Assembly (NCBI GenBank): GCA_016748015.1
Contig: JAAOMT010000134.1
Coordinates: forward strand, 130,757 to 194,756
Reading direction: 5' to 3'
From: Geosiphon pyriformis uo1
Taxonomy: Eukaryota > Fungi > Glomeromycota
Length of the DNA stretch: 64,000 bases
Shown here piece after piece: positions 1 through 12,981 of the stretch. Made by a program: the position numbers and the translations under genes. The notes under the pieces are model-generated. The model was not told the DNA's origin. It made no database searches and saw only the letters and a program-made list of their open reading frames with translations. Every line of letters begins with the position of its first letter. Positions within the stretch are counted from its first letter, which is position 1.

Positions 1-702
1 TATCATCCACAAACAAATGAACTAGTCAAAAGATTTAACAGAACACTGTGTGAAGCAATTGCCAAAATTAGTCAAAAAAACCAAGATGAATGGAATTTGT
101 TTATACCATTAGTATTATTTGCTTATTGGATAATGAGACAAGATACTACACAAACAACATCATTTGAATTGATATATGGTAGGACAGCAACATTACCAGT
201 TGAGAGAAAGGTCAGCACATATTCAACAGAACCAATAACAGAAGCTAATTTCCAAGAAACATTGTTGAGAAGAACATATGACCTAATGAAAACACTAGAA
301 AACAGATGACAAAAAGCAGCTAATAATATTCAAAAGCCTCAAGAAAAGCAAAAAAAACAACACAATAACCAATTACCAGATAAACCAGTTGAATTCAAGA
401 TTGGAGACAAAGTACTTCTACATCATACCAAAGCAAAAAAACAATGGAGTAAAAAATTTGATCCCAAATAGGACAGATCATTTTACATAAAAGAAATTCT
501 TAGAAATAGAGCTTATAAACTAAAATAGGACAACAAAATCTTAGCCAAAGCAGCACATAGTGATCGACTGAAACCATATTACCAAATAGCATTATTATCT
601 ACCAATAACATTCTACAATTAGGAGTATAATGAATACTGGTTCAACCAAATAAGATTCCATGAGATCTGGAACCAATCATAATCATTGGACCAAACACGT
701 AA
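1..702 (+). pseudogene. Integrase C-terminal half (element A), many in-frame stops
   Basis: YHPQTNELVKRFNRTLCEAI..., FKIGDKVLLH, AHSDRLKPYY; collinear with 33770-34473. Confidence 0.9.
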
Positions 703-762
703 AATCAAACAATAAAAGAGTATATAAAGACACAGTATATGTGACAAAGGCAACCAAAAAAA

Positions 763-1398
763 ATGGAAATACCAGATCATATTCATGCCATAGCTCAACA
801 ATTATTTCAGGCCTTAAGTCAACAATTTTTTGACATGAAAATTATCATTAACAACCAAACAATTTGCTATCAAAACACCAAAAAAAAGACAAAAAATACA
901 CCATATTAGCAGTTACCAAAGAATGATAAAAACTGGTCAGACAATATAATAGAAAAAATAAAGAACACTTTTGGAAAAATACCTATTATGACGCCAACAA
1001 AAGAACTTACAAAAGAGAATTGGAAGCAATGAACAGAACAACTTCCAATATCATACTTTTACTATCAGTTAGATTAAAAGTTGAATATTCAGGAGTTGTA
1101 TATCAACAAATTCAAGAGAATATTCAACCAAAACATAATACAACAAATTAAAGAATTTATCAGAAAGAAAACAAATTCAACACTACATGTTAAAACAATG
1201 TACTGACTACACAACATATTTTGGAACAACCCAGAAATACTGTTACACTCTGAAATGGAAACCATAACCATTAACCAATAGGGAAGAATGAACAATACAC
1301 AAGTAGAAGGTGTGAGAAACAGAGTTGAACAAACAATACTTGAAAAAAAAGTATTAGAATTAATTCAAAATGAAGATTTCAACAGAGCTTAATATTAA
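763..1398 (+). pseudogene. ORF3 variant a (unknown function), element A
   Basis: Starts MEIPDHIHAIAQQLFQALSQQ, ends at the PPT; collinear with 12982-13617(-). Confidence 0.75.
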
Positions 1399-1411
1399 AA
1401 GAAGAAGATAA

Positions 1412-2293
1412 TATTACTCATAAAAAGAAAACAGATATAGAAAATAGTAGACCAATAAGAGAATAGTATTTAGTACATGAGCACATTGCTTAGCAATGTA
1501 GAGCAATATTAGAAATCATGGCACATTGCTCAGCAATGTGGAGCAATGTCAGAAAGCATAGCACATTACTTAGCAATATGAAACAATGTTAAAAAATTAG
1601 GGCACATTGTTCAGCAATGTGAGCATTGCTCAAGAAATCATAGCACATTGCTCAGGAATGTAAGCAATCTCATAGAACATCAATTATGTATATATAGTGG
1701 TAGCATTAGAAGTAAAAAGAGGAGAATCTCTAGTTAGAAATTTTCCATCCACAAATATTAAATAAATAAATCATCTACTATCCAAATTCACTTTCCATTA
1801 TCAACACTTTATGTTGATAGTAATTGATACTTAACTATGCTAGAACAATAGCTCTTGATCACAGCTATTGATGAGATATTAACTTGCACATTATCTTGGC
1901 TTATTTCTTTATTTTCTTTTATTTCTTTCTTTTTTTAATTTTTCTTGTTGAATACTAACTAATTAATGATTAAAATGCTGAGTAATTGACGTCATGGATA
2001 GCCTGGTAAAAGACCCAGAAATAAGAGTAAAATTATATATATATTAATGGATAGCTTACTAGAAGGGCATGAATGCCAGAATAAACTGGCCACTAAGCTG
2101 AAGACAGAAATTGGAAACACAACTTACCAACCAACTATTTCATCATTGAATCTCTGTTCATTATACAAAGAATTCCACTCTAAAAACCTTCAAATACAAC
2201 CAAAGTGCCAGTAATATTAGTATTGTCAAAATATTGAGCACCAAGTTACAGATTTGTTATTTGATTTGAGACTCCAAATAATTATCTGTAACA
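1412..2293 (+). repeat. 3' LTR of element A
   Basis: T(A)TTAC...GTAACA termini, TATA-like tatatata near 1689, R/U5 core shared with other family-1 LTRs. Confidence 0.9.
1481..1670 (+). repeat. U3 array of palindromes CACATTGCT-n-AGCAATGTG, five units at 40-41 bp spacing
   Basis: Units start at 1481, 1521, 1561, 1602, 1643; 1522-1540 has perfect 9-bp arms. Confidence 0.85.
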
Positions 2294-2434
2294 ATATACT
2301 TTTACAGTACACTATAAAAAGAGAAAAAAAAATGGAAATGCTGACAGTTTGTTGCAAATAAAACAAATTTGAACATTTCAACCCAAAAATATAACAAAAT
2401 TTAAACAGTTGAAAACAAAAATATATAACAAAAG

Positions 2435-3816
2435 ATGAACACACAAAAATATCAACAACTTTAGTATTATATAAATACTCAACAGTTCAAGGAAAAATTA
2501 TCTCCAAAAAAATGAAGCCATATCAAACAACAATTCAAATACTTTATTACTTACTAAGATATACTTTATCGGAAAAACAGAAAGAATCTAGATCAACCAA
2601 CCAGAGTAATCACAGAACCAAAAAAAGAAACAATATTATTTAACATGCATTCAGATCCAACAACAAGACATTTTTATAAAGAAGCAACTATAAAAAGAAC
2701 CAAAAAAAGATACTATTGGCCATTAATATATCCAAACATCATCAAATATGTTCAAAATTGTGATGTTTGTTAGAGAAGAAAAGAAACAAGGCCAAATGAG
2801 TCATTAAAACCAATCAAAATAGGACAACTATTTAATCACATTAGAATTAACTTAGTCAGACCATTGACAATAATCAGCAGAAGAAACAGATATATTGCAA
2901 TAGCCATGGATTACCTTACAAAATAGCCAGAAGCAAAAGTCATTCAAAAAACAGATGCAAAATCCATTGCCAAATTTGTTTATTAAGATCTAATTTGTTA
3001 ACACAGATGTCCAAAAAAACTACTATCAAATCAAGAAACTTACTTTGTAAACAAAACACTAGCAGAATTAAGTCAAAGATTTGAAATCAAAAGACCATTA
3101 TTATTACTATACCATCCACAAACAAATAAGTTAGTTGAAAGATTTAACAGAATATTGTGTAAAACAATTGCCAAAATCAGCTAAAAAAACCAGGATGAAT
3201 GGAATTTGTTTATATCATCAGTATTATTTGCTTATTAGATAATAAAGCAAGATACTATACAAGCAACATTATTTAAATTAGTATATAGTAGAACAGCAAC
3301 ATTACCAGTTGAAATAGAAGTCAACACATATTCAACTGGACCAATAACAGAAAACAATTTCTAAAAAACATTGTTGAAAAGAACATATAACTTAATAGAA
3401 ACACTAGAAAACAAACAGCAAAAAGCAGCTGATAATATTTAAAAGTCACAAAAAAAACAAAAAAAAAACATGATAATTAACTACCAAATAAACCAGTTGA
3501 ATTCAAGATTGGAGACAAAGTACTTTTATATTATATCAAAGTAGAAAAACAATAAAGTGAAAAATTCGACTCCAAATGGGATGGACCATTTTACATAAAA
3601 AAAATTCTTGGAAATGAAGCTTATAAATTAAAGTTGAACAACAAAATTTTAACCAAAGCAGCACATAGTAATTGACTGAAACCATATTACCATATAGTGT
3701 TACCATCTACTAATAATATTCCACAATTAGGAGTACAAAGAATATTAGTCCAACCAGATGAAATTCTATGAAATCTAGAACCAATCATTATTATTGACAT
3801 CAACATGTCAAATTGA
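2435..3816 (+). pseudogene. Integrase (element B)
   Basis: MNTQKYQQL start, decayed HHCC region, AMDYLTK*PEA core, KWDGPF GPY/F motif. Confidence 0.88.
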
Positions 3817-3868
3817 ACAACTAAAAAAATATAAAAACATAGTAGACATAATAAAAAACAACAGAAAA

Positions 3869-4498
3869 ATAGAAATTACTGATAACATCTACTCACTAAC
3901 ACAACAATTCTTTTAATTAATTCAATAACAGAAGATGAAAATTACAATCAATTAACAAATCATCAAATACAAAAATACCAGAAAAAGACTATAAGATAAA
4001 GTACAGAAAAAAACAGAAAACATTATTGAAAAAATAATTACAAAAGTGAAATTGGTGATAGAAGCACAGCCAAAAATTATCCAATATCCAGAGTTGACAA
4101 TAGAAACATGAAATTGGTAAACACAACAATTTCCAAAAAACTTTTGCTATTTCTACTTGGAACAACATCTGAATATTCAGAACTTATATACAGATAAAAC
4201 AAAATGATTATTTGATACAACAATACTACAACAACTAGAGAAATTTGTGGAAAAGAACAATCTAACAACACAAGCAAAAGCCATTTATCAATTACATACT
4301 GAATTTCAAGACCAATTCGAAATCTTACTTAATCCAGCAATGGACATTATTACCATTAACTAAATAGAAAAAATAACCAATATCCAATTTGAAGAATTAC
4401 AAAACAAGATAACTCAAATAATTTTTGAAAAAGAAGTTCAAGAAATACTCAAAGATGAAGAACTAGAATTAGAAGATTTTAATAAAGCTCAATATTAA
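3869..4498 (+). pseudogene. ORF3 variant b, element B
   Basis: Collinear with 34535-35182; ATG mutated to ATA; ends ...DFNKAQY* at the PPT. Confidence 0.75.
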
Positions 4499-4512
4499 AA
4501 AAGAGAAAATAA

Positions 4513-5382
4513 TATTACTTATAGAATATAAAAAGTATATTAGCATATAAATTAGCCAATCAAAAGTAACCATAGTAAATGTGGAATTCCAGGATTCCTC
4601 TCAGAAGAATTGCAGAATTCTAGAAATTTTAAGATTCTTGTATAAGGAATCACAGGATTCCAGAATTCCAGAATTTCTCTTAAAGAAATTGCAGAATTCC
4701 TGAAATTTCAGAATTCCTGGTGTGAAAAATTGAGGAATTGAGGAATCTCAATTATGTATATATAGTGGTAGCATTAGAAAAAAAAAAGACAGACTTCTTA
4801 GTTTAAATTTGATCTAAGCAACCTTTCTATTCACAAATATCAATAAATAATTATTCATTATCTTAATTTATTCTTCATTATCAACACTTTATGTTGATAG
4901 TAACTAATACTTAATTACACTGGAACAATAACTCTTGATTATGGCTATTAACAGGATACTAACATTTATTGTCTTGGCTTATTTCTTTATTTTCTTTTAT
5001 TTTCTTTTATTTTCTTTTGTTATTTTTTTTTGTTTTACTAATTGATTAAGGATTAAAAAGCACTGAGTTACAAATGTCATAGAGACTGGTAAAAGACCTG
5101 TAAAACAAGAGTAGAACACTTATAATTGAGGATAGCTTACTAGAAGGATTATCAGCTACCACACTAAGAAATAAATTTGATAGAATTGCGATTCCAAGAG
5201 ACTACTGAAACAACAATTGAATCTCTGTCTATTATACAAAGAACTCAAACAAAAAAACTTTCAGATCATGAAAACTTTTAGACACCAACAACATACAAAC
5301 ATTACCAACATTATTAAATCAATTGAGCACCAAGTTATGGATTTGTTATTTGGTTTGAGACTCCAAATAATCACCTGTAATA
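4513..5382 (+). repeat. 3' LTR of element B, with U3 GGAATTCCAGGATT-type array (about 4583-4750)
   Basis: tattac...gtaata termini after a purine tract; similar to 35196-36053. Confidence 0.88.
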
Positions 5383-6314
5383 TTAGTAATGTGTGTTTTT
5401 GCATAATTTTATTGACTTAGTCTTGAATTTCAGTTTCTAAAGGTCTTATCTACTGGTTGTGAATTTATCTGTTAGGTTTTTTGGTTATAAAACACAGAGG
5501 TTTGGCTTTCACTGATTGCAACTTTTTATAAATATGAGCTATCTTCTTTAAGCTAATCAGTACAGTCATTAGAATCTGGTATTGTTTTTTTATCTTTCTG
5601 GTAAGCTACCAAGATAATATTAATATTCAAAACTTAGGGGAAGCTTTCTTCTTTTACCAGATTATCATGAAGTCTATTCTCAGACAGTCAATTTTTCTAT
5701 GTTGCTATTCCATAAAAGAAAATAAAAATAAAAAATAAAAAAAATAAAAATAAAAATAAAAAAATAAAGAAAATAAAATAAAAAATAAGTATCTTGTCAA
5801 TAGCTGTAATTAAGAGCTATTGTGTCAGCAGGTTAAGTAATAGATAATAACATGAATTTGAAAAATTGAAGAAATATTTTATTGATATAATTTTATTTTG
5901 GTTAATAGCAACTATTCTTAAAAAGAGGAGTATTTAATAATTATGACCTGTGAGTCTAATTAACTCTAAAATTTTAATTTTCTCTGAATGTCTTTTTAAT
6001 TTCTATAGCTATTTGTTTTTATACATTTTTTTTGTTCTATAGGATTGCTTCTAATTGCTTTGTTATTTCTGTTATTACTTTGTTTTTCTATGTTATTATT
6101 AGTTATACTATGTTATAATATGTTATTTTATGTTATTACTCATTATACTATGTTATAACATGTTATTACGGATTATACTATGTTATAACATGTTATCCTA
6201 TGTTATTATATGTTATTCTGTGTTTTTTCATATTATTCTGTGTTATTTTATGTTATCATATTTTTGGTCATGTTTTCTCTATAACTTTGAATTGGTTTTT
6301 CTACTTGGGTAATA
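5383..6314 (-). repeat. 3' LTR of C (cut by B); U3 with a 10-bp-period TGTTATAACA-type array at about 6061-6260
   Basis: Aligns to 7871-8793. Confidence 0.88.
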
Positions 6315-6329
6315 TTATTTCTTTCTTTT

Positions 6330-6830
6330 AAAATTGAGCTCTTGCAAAATCATAAATTTCTCTTTTTTGTATTAATATTGTTGCTGTAATTTTTATTGCT
6401 ATTTTTAAATCTAATTTTATACATAACTGGGGTTTTTTAACTATAGTGATCTGTTCAAAATATCCAAGTTTAAATCTTACATCTGTATGCTCTTATTATT
6501 ATCACTGAATTAAGTTAATTTCTGTTCTATTGTAAGATCTAGAAGCATGCTATATTGTTTGGTGTTTAAAGTGGAGTTTAAATTGTTGTTGACAGAGTTT
6601 GAATTGTTGTTGTCATTAGCAAAGTTTGAATTGTTGTTGTTATTAGTAAAGTTTGAATTGTTGCTGTTATTAGTGAAGTTTGAATTATTGTTGTTATTAA
6701 TGAAGTTTGAATTGTTATTGTCATTAGTGGAATTTGAATTAGAATTAAGTTCCAATTCAGATTTCCATTTGTTCTTGTTGATTGGCTCTTCTTCAAATAT
6801 ATAACATATTGGAGTGAATTGTGACTGCAT
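6330..6830 (-). pseudogene. Asn-rich linker plus 5' dUTPase fragment joined to the last codons of ORF3 (element C)
   Basis: KQYSMLLDLTIEQKLT*FSDN matches G EQYITLPDLFKEQELKWF; DLKIAIKITATI matches DLKIALEIPATT; ends DFARAQF*. Confidence 0.65.
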
Positions 6831-6899
6831 TCTAATATTCTGACTTAAAGCTGTCAGATAAGTTTTGCTGATTTTTTGGTACTGTGGGAATTAGATTTT

Positions 6900-7680
6900 A
6901 TTGGTAAGTTTTCTTGTATGATAGCAGGATTTGGAATTTATTAGACTTTAAATGTTTGGATTTTTGAATAATTCTCAGAGTTTGAATTGTTAGAGGTTTA
7001 ACAAGTTTTATTAATAGTAAGTTTTTTTGTATGATAGTGGAGTTGAAATTATCGGGTTTTAAAGGTTTGGGTTTTTGAATGATTAGGTCTTGAATAATCA
7101 GAGTTTTAACAAGTTTTAATGAGTTTATCAAAGGTAAAGTTTTGAATGTTTGGGGTTTTAATGATCAGGTCTTGAATAATTAGAGTTTTAATTTAATAAG
7201 TTTTTTTAATGAATTTATCAAAAGTAAATTTTCAGAGTTTTAACAATTGGGTTTTGAATAATTAGAGTTTTAATTTAATGAGTTTTAATGAGTTTATCAA
7301 TGGTAATTTTTGAATGTTTGGGGTTTTAACAATTGGGTTTTGAATAATCAGAGTTTTAATTTAACAAGTTTTTAACAAATTTATTAAAGATAAGTTTCAA
7401 ATGTTCAGGTTTTTAATGATCAGATTTTAATGGTAATTTTCGAATGTTTGGGGTTTTAATGATCAGGTCTTAAATAATCAAAGTTTTAATTTAATAAGTT
7501 TTTAACGAATTTATCAAAAATAAGTTTTGAATGTTTAGGGTTTTAATAATTAGGTTTTGAATAATCAGAGTTTTTTTAATTTAACAAGTTTTTGACAAAT
7601 TTATCAATGGTAATTTTCGAATGTTTAGAGTTTTAATGATCAGGTCTTGAATAATCAGTATTTTAATTTAATGAATTTTT
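6900..7680 (-). repeat. Degenerate tandem repeat, unit roughly 80-85 bp, inside C
   Basis: Recurrent ttgaataatcagagttttaatttaa...tttatcaa...gaatgtttggggttttaa blocks. Confidence 0.8.
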
Positions 7681-7814
7681 CAAAAAAAATGCTAAAATAA
7701 GGATTTCATAAATCCTAAGTGATTTTTTCTTTGTTTTTTCTTGGTTTGCCTCTTTTGTGAATTTCTGGAGTGTTCTGTCTCTGTAGATTTTATAATCTCA
7801 CAGAGAACACCAAA

Positions 7815-8793
7815 TGTTATGCATAAACTTGGTGCAATAGGGAAATAGTAATATTTGGTGCTCTTAATTATCAGTAATGCATGTTTTTACATAATTTTAT
7901 TAACTTAGTCTTGATTATCAATATCTGAAGATCTTATCTATTGGTTGTAAATTTATCCATTGAGTTTTTTGGTTATAAGACACAAAGGTTTGGCTTTTGC
8001 TAATTGCAACTTTTTATAAATGCGAACTATCTTTTTTAAGCTAACAAGCATAGTTGTTAAGATCTAACATTGTTTTTTTGCTCTTCTAGTAAGCTACCAA
8101 GATAATGTTAATATCCAAAACTTAAGAAAAGCTTTCCTTTTTTACCAGGCTATTACAAAGTCTATTTTTAGACAGTCAATTTTTTTATATTGCCACTCCA
8201 CAAGAGAAAATAAAAAAAATAAAAAAAATAAAAATAAAAAAAATAAAATAAGAAATAAGTGTTCTGTCAATAACTGTGATCAAGAGCTATTGTGCCAGCA
8301 GGTTAAATAATAGATAATAACATAGATTTGAAGAATTGAAGAGATATTTTATTGATATAATTCTATTTTGGTTGATAGCAATTATTTTTAAAAGAAGGAG
8401 TATTTAATAATTATAATTTGTAAGTCTAATTGACTCTGAAAGTCTAATTTTTTTAAATGTCTTTTTAATTTTTACAGTTACTTATTTTTATACATTCTTT
8501 TTGTTCTACAAAATTGCTTCTAATTGCTTTGTTATTTCTGTTATTACTTTGTTTTTCTATGTTATTGCTAATTATACTATATTATAACATATTATCTTAT
8601 ATTATTACTTATTATACTATGTTATAACATATTATTTTATGTTATTATGCATTATACTATATTATAATACGTTATTCTACATTATTATACATTATTCTGT
8701 GTTTTTTCACATTATTCTGTGTTATTTTATGTTATCACATTTTTAATCATGTTTTCTTCATAACTTTAGATTGGTTTTTCTACTTGGGTAATA
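7815..8793 (-). repeat. 5' LTR of C
   Basis: Minus strand tattacccaag...gcataaca followed by PBS tttggtgttctctgtgag. Confidence 0.88.
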
Positions 8794-11359
8794 TTAACAA
8801 AAACTTGGTATTGGATGGCTTCTATTACTAATACTTTGATGGATGTAGTAATATTGTTAACTTCAAAAGAAAAGTCATTGATTTTGCCAATTGGAGTTTT
8901 GGTGGCTCTATTAGCTGTGATAATTTTGGCACTGGCAGTACAATCAACTCAGTAACCTAATTGGTCTATGAGTTGTTAGATAATAATACTGTTTGCTGAT
9001 TCATTATCAAAAATTAGTTTAATGGATTAACTATTGACTTTAGCATTAGTATATATTGCCATAATGGATTTGGTATTAAGAATGGCTCTACTAAAAAGTA
9101 GTATTGTTAATTCCTTGAGTTCGAAAAAAAAAATGGCTGCAAGTGATTTGTTTTCAGTAATAGTTGCTGGAGATATATTACTGATAAGTGGCTTTTAGTT
9201 GGCTTTTAGGTTGTTAGATGTGGCATTTTCTAAAATAACCAAAAGACTTAAATAGTTCTGGGAATTCAGATTTAGAATATATCTGGTTTTTGAATTCCAC
9301 TGTTGTAATCCTGATAATTGGGTTGAGGAACTAGAAATTAATTGGTGTGTAACTATTACTAATCTCCAGTTTTGTTGAGTATAGATGACTCTTGATCTTT
9401 GGATTCTAGTGACTAATTAAGCTGAGTTTAATGGTGGTATTTGAATTTGTTGAGACTGATAGATTACTTGGGACTGTGGCTGATAGATAGATTGTGACTG
9501 TGGTTGATATATTACAAATGCTGAAGACTGATAAATTGGTAGTGAATATATTTGCTGTATTATTAGTGGGTAATAAGACTGATATTGATCTTGATTTGGG
9601 TGGTAATTCAAAATTTGGAATTAGCAATCAGAGTTTCAATATTAATTTTCTGATTATTAATTATTAATTCTAATATAGCAGTTAATCTTGATATGTTCTT
9701 GTTTATCACAATTGTGACAGATACATGTTTCTTGTTGCCACAATGGTTAAGTCAACAATAATGTGAGATGCAACTGATTTTGGTGCTAATTTTTAGGATT
9801 TTTATAATGTTGTGGCAATTAATATATTGCCTGATTGCTATTAACTAAGTACTCTTCTAATTTTTGGTTAATTAAATTACTGAATTGTTTTAATTTGGAA
9901 TCCAATTCAAATGATCTATTTATTACTAGATTTATGGCTTGAGTGTGATTAGCTTTGAATTCAGCTAATTCAAAGTCTTTGACATATGTAACTACTGCTT
10001 ACAAGTTAGCTGAATGTAATAAACATATATATTAAAGGATGCTACTGTGCAGGCCATAAATAAACTGGTTCAAGATTTGTGGCACTGTAAAATAATTGGT
10101 ATTAATTGCTTGGATCTGGCACAAATTTTTATAAAAGCATTTCAAGTAAGTGGTAACTGCTTTGGCATTTTCTTGTTTTATAATAGTGAATATATTAGCC
10201 AAGTGGTTGATGCTGTTATTGTTATTAAAATATCTTAGAAACTCAAGTTTAAAGGCATTAAAATCTTGGGATTTATTTGCCAAGCTCTGATATTATAAAT
10301 CAATGATGCTCTGAAGAAAATATAAGATAGCTTGTAATGCTCTGGTGTTATTTCATCCATTGATTGCAATGGCTTTTTCTATATTATTTAGTCATACTTA
10401 TGCATCATTTTTCTTACCAGTAAATTTCTCAATTTTGATGATTGGGATGTATACCATTAGTGCAATCAGTTGTTGGGACTGTTGAAGTTGTTGTGGTGGT
10501 TGTGATTGTGGCTGTTGAAGTGGTTCAGCAATTGGTTAAATTGGTAGTTGATTAATTATGATTACTGGAGGTAAGTGTTAATTAATAGTATCAGAGTTGG
10601 GATTGTTTTGATTTTCTGGATTTGAATATTCAAAGTTTTAATTTCTGGGTTTTCTACAATTGGGTTTTGATAATTAAATTTCTGATTATTGTTTTCCTCT
10701 TTTTCTGATTCTGTTACTTTCTAAGAACTCATGATTCTGAAGTCTGGTTAAGGTGGTAGTGATCAAAATTTTGATGGCATTGGTGATTGTGATTTGAATT
10801 TTTCAAAGTAATTGTCATAGGTTCTCAATAACTTTGCTTTCTTTTGTTTATTTTGGAATGAAAGTTGAGCCAATAATAATTTCACATTTAATGTTGATGT
10901 GTCTGTTAAGGAGATGTTGATGGCATTTTTGAGTGTATAATGATATAATAAATTGATTTGTAACTTGACTCTGGTTTTTTTTTAAGTAGGTGGTTGTATT
11001 CTTTTGAGTATTACTGCTAATATTTGTAGTTTTCCTTTGTCTTTATCTGTATAGATAATAAAAAATTGTCATTAAGTGTATCTTTCAATTTCTTAATTGA
11101 TCTCACAGATAATTGGTACAAAACTGTAATTTTATGATAAGCTAGTGTGTTGAATTAATTCTGTGTAGAAGTTTTCTTTTGCTGCTTTAATATCAATTGG
11201 TTCTCCTAGAAAATCTTTGATTTTTTTATTAACATAAAAGTTGAAAACTAATTCTGTTGGATAATAGTTGTGGTTTAATTCCAAGTTTTGGCTATAGTAT
11301 TAAAATAAGGATTTGGTGAATCCTAAATGGTTTGTTCCTATTATTTCTGATTCTGCCAC
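8794..11359 (-). pseudogene. Gag-aspartic protease (element D)
   Basis: KSQDFNAFKLEFLRYF capsid-like region, decayed CCHC knuckle near 9680-9725, LIFDNES (decayed LILDSGS) near 9010, IKVLVIEAIQYQ. Confidence 0.85.
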
Positions 11360-11422
11360 TTTTGATTGGTTGTGTATTGGTACTGGTTCTCTGTAGAATT
11401 ATACCTCACAGGAAGCACCAAA

Positions 11423-12146
11423 TGTTACAGGTAATTATTTGAAGTCTCAAATCAAATAACAAACCTGTAACTTAGTGCTTAATAGTGGGTCTTATTGATA
11501 AGTATCTGAAGATTTTGGTTGTCTAAAAGATTTTTGTTGAGTTTTTTGTATAATAGACAAAAAGTCAAGTATTGTTTTTTTTTAGTAATATTTCACATAT
11601 TAACTCTTAAGTTAGTGTGTTTTGTTGTCTATCACTTTCCAGAATTGCAATTCTATCAAATCTTTTCTTGGTATAGTGGCTGGCAATTTTCTGGTAAACT
11701 ATTCTTAAATCTAAGTGTCTACTCTTATTTCTGGTTCTTTTACCAGTATTATATTCTGATGTTAGTAACTCAGTACTTATTTCTTAATCAATTAATATAC
11801 AACAATAAAAAAGAAAATAAAATAAAAAAAATAAAATAAAAAAAATAAGCCAAGACAATGAAAAGTTAGTATCCCATTAATAGCCATGATCAAGAGCTAT
11901 TGTTTTAGCATAGTTAAGTATTGGCAGTTATTAACATGAAATAGTAATGGTTAGAGTTTGATGAATATTTTTTAATCAAATGATAACAACAGGAATTGAA
12001 TGTAGATAAATATTTTATTGATAATTTGATGATTTTATTTCAGCAAATATAAACTATTCTTAAAGTAATTATGAAATAGATAAGAAGAAAAGTTCAAACT
12101 AAGAGATTTGTCTTTTTTACTTCCAATTTTACTGCTATATATATAT
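11423..12146 (-). repeat. 5' LTR of D, R/U5 part only
   Basis: Ends ...cctgtaaca then PBS tttggtgcttcctgtgag (11405-11422); interrupted at the tatata run by the LTR of E. Confidence 0.85.
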
Positions 12147-12968
12147 TGTTACAGATGATTATTTGGGGTCTCAAGTCAAATAACAAATCTGTAACTTGGT
12201 GCTAGTTTGGTATTCTGGTGTTGATATCTGAAGATTTGGTGGATCTGAAAGTTTGTTGCAGAGTTTTTTGTATAATGAATAGAGATTTACTATGGTTGGT
12301 TTAAGTTGTTTTCCTTAAGTTGTTTTCCCAATTTCTGTCTTCAGCATAGTGGCTGGTTTAATCTGGCAGTTATGCTCTTCTAATAAGCTGTCCATTAATA
12401 TATATAATTTTACCCTTATTTCTGGGTCTTTTATCAGACTATTCATAATGTCAATAACTCAGCACTTTAATCTTCTTAATCAATTTAGTATACAACAATA
12501 AAATCAAAGAAAAGAAAATAAAGAAAAATAAAGAAAAATGAAGAAAAAAGCCAATGCAATTGCAAGTTAGTATCCTGTCAATAGCCATGATCAAAAGCTA
12601 TTGTTCTAGTATGGTTAAGTATCAATTGCTATCAACATGAAGTGTTAATAGTGGAGAGTGAATTAAGATAGTAAACAATTATTTATTGATATTTGTGAAT
12701 AGAAAAGTTGTTTAGATTAAATTTAAACTGGGAGATCTGTCTTTTCTACTTCTAATGCTATCACTATATATACATAATTTGGGTTCTATGAGATCACTCA
12801 CATTCTCAAGCAATGTGCTATAATTTCTCAAGCAATGCTCACATTGTTGAGCAATGTGTCATATTTCTGATATTGCTCTACATTGCTGAGCAATGTACTC
12901 ATGTGCTAACTACTACTTTCTTATTGGCCTACTATTTTTTTATATCTGTTTTCTTTTTATAAGTAATA
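12147..12968 (-). repeat. 3' LTR of E (same U3 palindrome type as A, fewer units, about 12795-12905)
   Basis: Termini tattac...gtaaca on the minus strand; PPT aaaaagaggagataa at 12969-12983. Confidence 0.9.
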
Positions 12969-12981
12969 TTATCTCCTCTTT

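Larger units (their letters stand above)
1..2293 (+). mobile_element. Element A: 3' part of a family-1 Ty3/Gypsy LTR retrotransposon (integrase end, ORF3, PPT, 3' LTR), inserted into element B
   Basis: Integrase core end and GPY/F motif, PPT aaaagaagaagataa at 1397-1411, LTR tattac(1412)...gtaaca(2293). Sequence after 2293 resumes in the RNase H tail of another copy. Confidence 0.9.
2294..5382 (+). mobile_element. Element B: 3' part of a family-1 Ty3/Gypsy element (RNase H tail, integrase, ORF3, 3' LTR), inserted into the 3' LTR of C
   Basis: Collinear with G 32925-36053; after 5382 the sequence matches C's other LTR at about 7871. Confidence 0.9.
5383..8793 (-). mobile_element. Element C: short non-autonomous family-1 derivative (two LTRs, PBS, about 1.5 kb internal region, PPT), inserted in the protease of D
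   Basis: Direct repeats 5383-6314 and 7815-8793, PBS at 7797-7814, PPT at 6315-6330; no RT or integrase. Confidence 0.85.
8794..12146 (-). mobile_element. Element D: 5' part of a family-1 element (partial 5' LTR, PBS, gag, protease)
   Basis: Collinear with G 26150-29440; cut by C in the protease and by E in the LTR TATA region. Confidence 0.88.

Noticed and set aside
1481-1670. CRISPR-like palindromic repeats with regular spacing
   Set aside because: Intervening sequences are themselves similar, the array lies within LTR U3, and there are no cas genes.
6130-6804. Hydrophobic ORFs 6130-6312 and 6547-6804 as membrane proteins
   Set aside because: They are translations of the U3 10-bp array and the antisense of the Asn repeat.
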